58,478 nt of DNA from a virus (lineage: Duplodnaviria; Caudoviricetes): positions 1 through 58,478 of the IMG/VR virus record IMGVR_UViG_3300046010_007871; one strand, 5' to 3'. Below are positions 56,508-58,478 of the stretch, piece after piece (position 1 is the stretch's first letter; each line of letters starts with the position of its first letter). The notes below the pieces were generated by a model. It searched no databases. It was not told the DNA's origin and saw only the letters and a list, made by a program, of their open reading frames with translations. The position numbers were made by a program, and so were the translations under genes.

Positions 56508-56536
56508 GTCGTAGCACAGCGATCGCCATCTGTCAA
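56508..56536 (-). promoter_or_regulatory. Sigma70-like promoter of the replication operon, apparently leaderless
   Basis: TTGACA-17-TACGAC, 6 nt before ATG 56501. Confidence 0.6.
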
Positions 56537-56749
56537 CCTTTTGTGATCTTACCGGTCAGCCATCACGGCAACAAGAACCACCACGCCAAGCCCCACGCGA
56601 ACACGAGCACGCCACCGGCCAACGCCTCGGCCATCTCAGAGGCGCTAAGCGACGTGGGCTGTACGGGCTTGGCAGGCAGAGCGGAGCGGCGAACGTTGCG
56701 GCGGTTGTTCATGCGCCGACAGTACCAAGCCGCCCCGCACAGGGCCAAA

Positions 56750-56950
56750 TTACTCGCGCCGAATGCCGAACGTCGCGTTGAGATGCACGCGGATTTGACT
56801 CGTGGTGTAGTGCCGCACGATGCCGCCGTCGCAGAGCACGACGCACCAGACATCATTCTCCCACATGCCCGACGACTCGACGTACAGCGCGTAGCCCTCG
56901 CGCGTGCCCTCGACCACGACCGGCAACGGGCGGCGAAACTCGTGGATCAC
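56750..56950 (-). CDS. Small hypothetical phage protein
   Basis: HEFRRPLPV...GYALYV...ENDVWCVVL...NATFGI; GTGA overlap. Confidence 0.6.
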   Translation of the reverse strand: MIHEFRRPLPVVVEGTREGYALYVESSGMWENDVWCVVLCDGGIVRHYTTSQIRVHLNATFGIRRE

Positions 56951-57153
56951 AAGAGCGACCGCATGCGCTCCAGCTTGGCGCGCTCCGCACGTAGCCGCTG
57001 CTGCGCCTCCTCGAGCTCCAGGCGCGCCTCGTGCTCGTCGGCCTCGGCTTCGCGCACGCGCCACTCCTGGTCGCTGCGCTCGGTGCCCACCATGGCAAGC
57101 CAGAGCCATCCCACGGCCACGAGCAGCGCCACGCCGATGACCACCCAGCTCAT
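56947..57153 (-). CDS. Small membrane-anchored coiled-coil protein
   Basis: N-terminal TM helix followed by heptads. Confidence 0.55.
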   Translation of the reverse strand: MSWVVIGVALLVAVGWLWLAMVGTERSDQEWRVREAEADEHEARLELEEAQQRLRAERAKLERMRSLL

Positions 57154-57548
57154 CGCAGAGCCCTCAGCCGCTCGAACGCACGCAGGTCGTCGGGGTAGCG
57201 CTCGTCGATGCGCTCATGCGCGAGAAACGCCGTGCTGTGCCGACCGCTTGCGATGATGCGCACGAACCCCGTAGCCATCGCAGCGCCGAGCTCCACCCAT
57301 GCCCCGCGGCTGGGTAGCTCTGGCACCAAGAACCACAGCACGTCGCACTTGCGAGCCGCCGCGAGGCACCGTGCCGCAATGTCGGCCTGGCGCTTCCACG
57401 GCAGCTCAAGCTCGTGCTGCGGCGACTCGTCCATCTCGCGCACCCAGTCGAGCGCTACGCACATGCCTGGCGTGCTCGCCACGAGCTGGATGGCAGCTCG
57501 AGCGCGGTCACGCTCTGCGCTAGCTGCGGCTGTGTACACGGTGAGCAT
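57150..57548 (-). CDS. Nucleoside 2-deoxyribosyltransferase-like protein
   Basis: VYTAA...DW...CDVLWFL...SRGAWVELGAA. Confidence 0.7.
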   Translation of the reverse strand: MLTVYTAAASAERDRARAAIQLVASTPGMCVALDWVREMDESPQHELELPWKRQADIAARCLAAARKCDVLWFLVPELPSRGAWVELGAAMATGFVRIIASGRHSTAFLAHERIDERYPDDLRAFERLRALR

Positions 57549-57891
57549 AGGACCTCCGCTGCGAGTCAGAGTCGTGTGACTTTTGCTCGGACCTTGTCTC
57601 TACGCCGTTCGTGCGTCCACTCATGCTCGCATGGTAGGCCCGCACGTTGGGGTCAGGCTTGCGCTGCAAGGCGCAGCCCTCGGGGCACTCAGCCGCAAGG
57701 GCGTTGGGGCTGGTCTTGGCCACCACGTCCACGCACGCCGCCTCGTACACGCACGACAGCCGACGCGGATCGCGCATTGATAGCTCCGCAGCGCTGTACA
57801 TCGGCAACATGGGCGAGCGCGCATCGGTCTCGACGACCCTGGGCCCATTCGACCTGTTCTCGTGCGTGACGTGGCGGTTGCGAGGTTTCAT
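57520..57891 (-). CDS. Hypothetical Cys-containing protein
   Basis: ATGA overlap; C..EAAC...CPEGC, similar to the Cys motif in 584-1186. Confidence 0.5.
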   Translation of the reverse strand: MKPRNRHVTHENRSNGPRVVETDARSPMLPMYSAAELSMRDPRRLSCVYEAACVDVVAKTSPNALAAECPEGCALQRKPDPNVRAYHASMSGRTNGVETRSEQKSHDSDSQRRSYAHRVHSRS

Positions 57892-58382
57892 GCTGCCACG
57901 ACCACGATGTACTTGGCGCCGCCCTTTACGCCTTCGAGCTTGAGCTTGCCCGCCTCGACGAGGTCGCCGAGAGCTCGCGTGGCGTGCGGCGGCGGGCACG
58001 CGAAGAGGTCGATCACCTTGCTGCGCGTGAACGTGGTGGCGAGCTGGCTATCGCGCACGGCGTCCATGATGCGCACCCCGAGCACGTCGGTGATCTTGCC
58101 ACCGCTTGGCTTGGGTGCGCGTGGCGCGCGCGAAGCAGGCTTTGCGACAGCCACAGGCTTCGCCTCATGTTTTACGATGGGCGATGGTGCGGCATCCATG
58201 GTGCGCAGACTCGCAAGCGCAACCTCGATCGCCTCCTCCAGCTTGGCGCATCGCTCGTGGAGCGTCGCGAGCTCGCGTTCGTGCTCGACGATGCGATCGC
58301 GCTGCAGAATGATTGTGTCCTCGCACTTGGTCAGCGCGCGGTCGAGTTCGTCGATGGTGATGGTCGGTTCGTTCGTGCTCAT
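57888..58382 (-). CDS. Hypothetical protein (coiled coil plus C-terminal wHTH)
   Basis: TRALGDLVEAGKLKLEG...AKY. Confidence 0.6.
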   Translation of the reverse strand: MSTNEPTITIDELDRALTKCEDTIILQRDRIVEHERELATLHERCAKLEEAIEVALASLRTMDAAPSPIVKHEAKPVAVAKPASRAPRAPKPSGGKITDVLGVRIMDAVRDSQLATTFTRSKVIDLFACPPPHATRALGDLVEAGKLKLEGVKGGAKYIVVVAA

Positions 58383-58475
58383 GTGTTCCCTGTCCCTTTG
58401 CTGAGCCGCCTCATGTAGAAAACCGCAGCGAGGGCAGCGTCTCGCGTGTGGCTGTTGTCTGCGCCCCTCGGCATG
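58350..58475. repeat. Terminal direct repeat, right copy
   Basis: Identical to 1-126; the final 3 bases (CTC) differ from 127-129 (GTG). Confidence 0.95.
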
Positions 58476-58478
58476 CTC

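Noticed and set aside
1-58478. tRNA, rRNA, integrase, transposase or reverse transcriptase genes
   Set aside because: None recognised by eye; intergenic space is minimal. A tRNAscan/HMM run would be needed to be certain.

Overview
This window appears to be a complete, circularly assembled genome of a GC-rich tailed phage of about 58.35 kb: bases 1-126 recur at 58350-58475. It has a contractile Mu-like tail. The DnaB and SSB N-termini suggest a myxobacterial (Polyangiaceae-like) host; this is inference. A short + strand block (1506-11321) carries Bet, a Mom-like protein, a PD-(D/E)XK nuclease, dUTPase, a DNA methyltransferase, ThyX and an array of small genes. A long - strand block carries, in order, replication genes (initiator with iterons, DnaB, SSB), a CRISPR-array-less type IV-B csf1-cas11-csf2-csf3-cysH operon, a methyltransferase/GNAT/IbrA/IbrB cluster, terminase, head, tail and lysis genes. 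No integrase, tRNA or CRISPR array was seen. The most notable items are: (1) the type IV-B effector directly adjoining a second PAPS-reductase/ParB modification-like cluster; (2) a covarying RNA hairpin at the predicted 5' ends of four early transcripts; (3) an HNH endonuclease overprinted inside the methyltransferase with both frames open; (4) several apparently leaderless promoters. All calls rest on motif recognition by eye; no database search was run. Several starts were moved from the supplied ORF track to overlapping ATGA/GTGA or RBS-supported codons.
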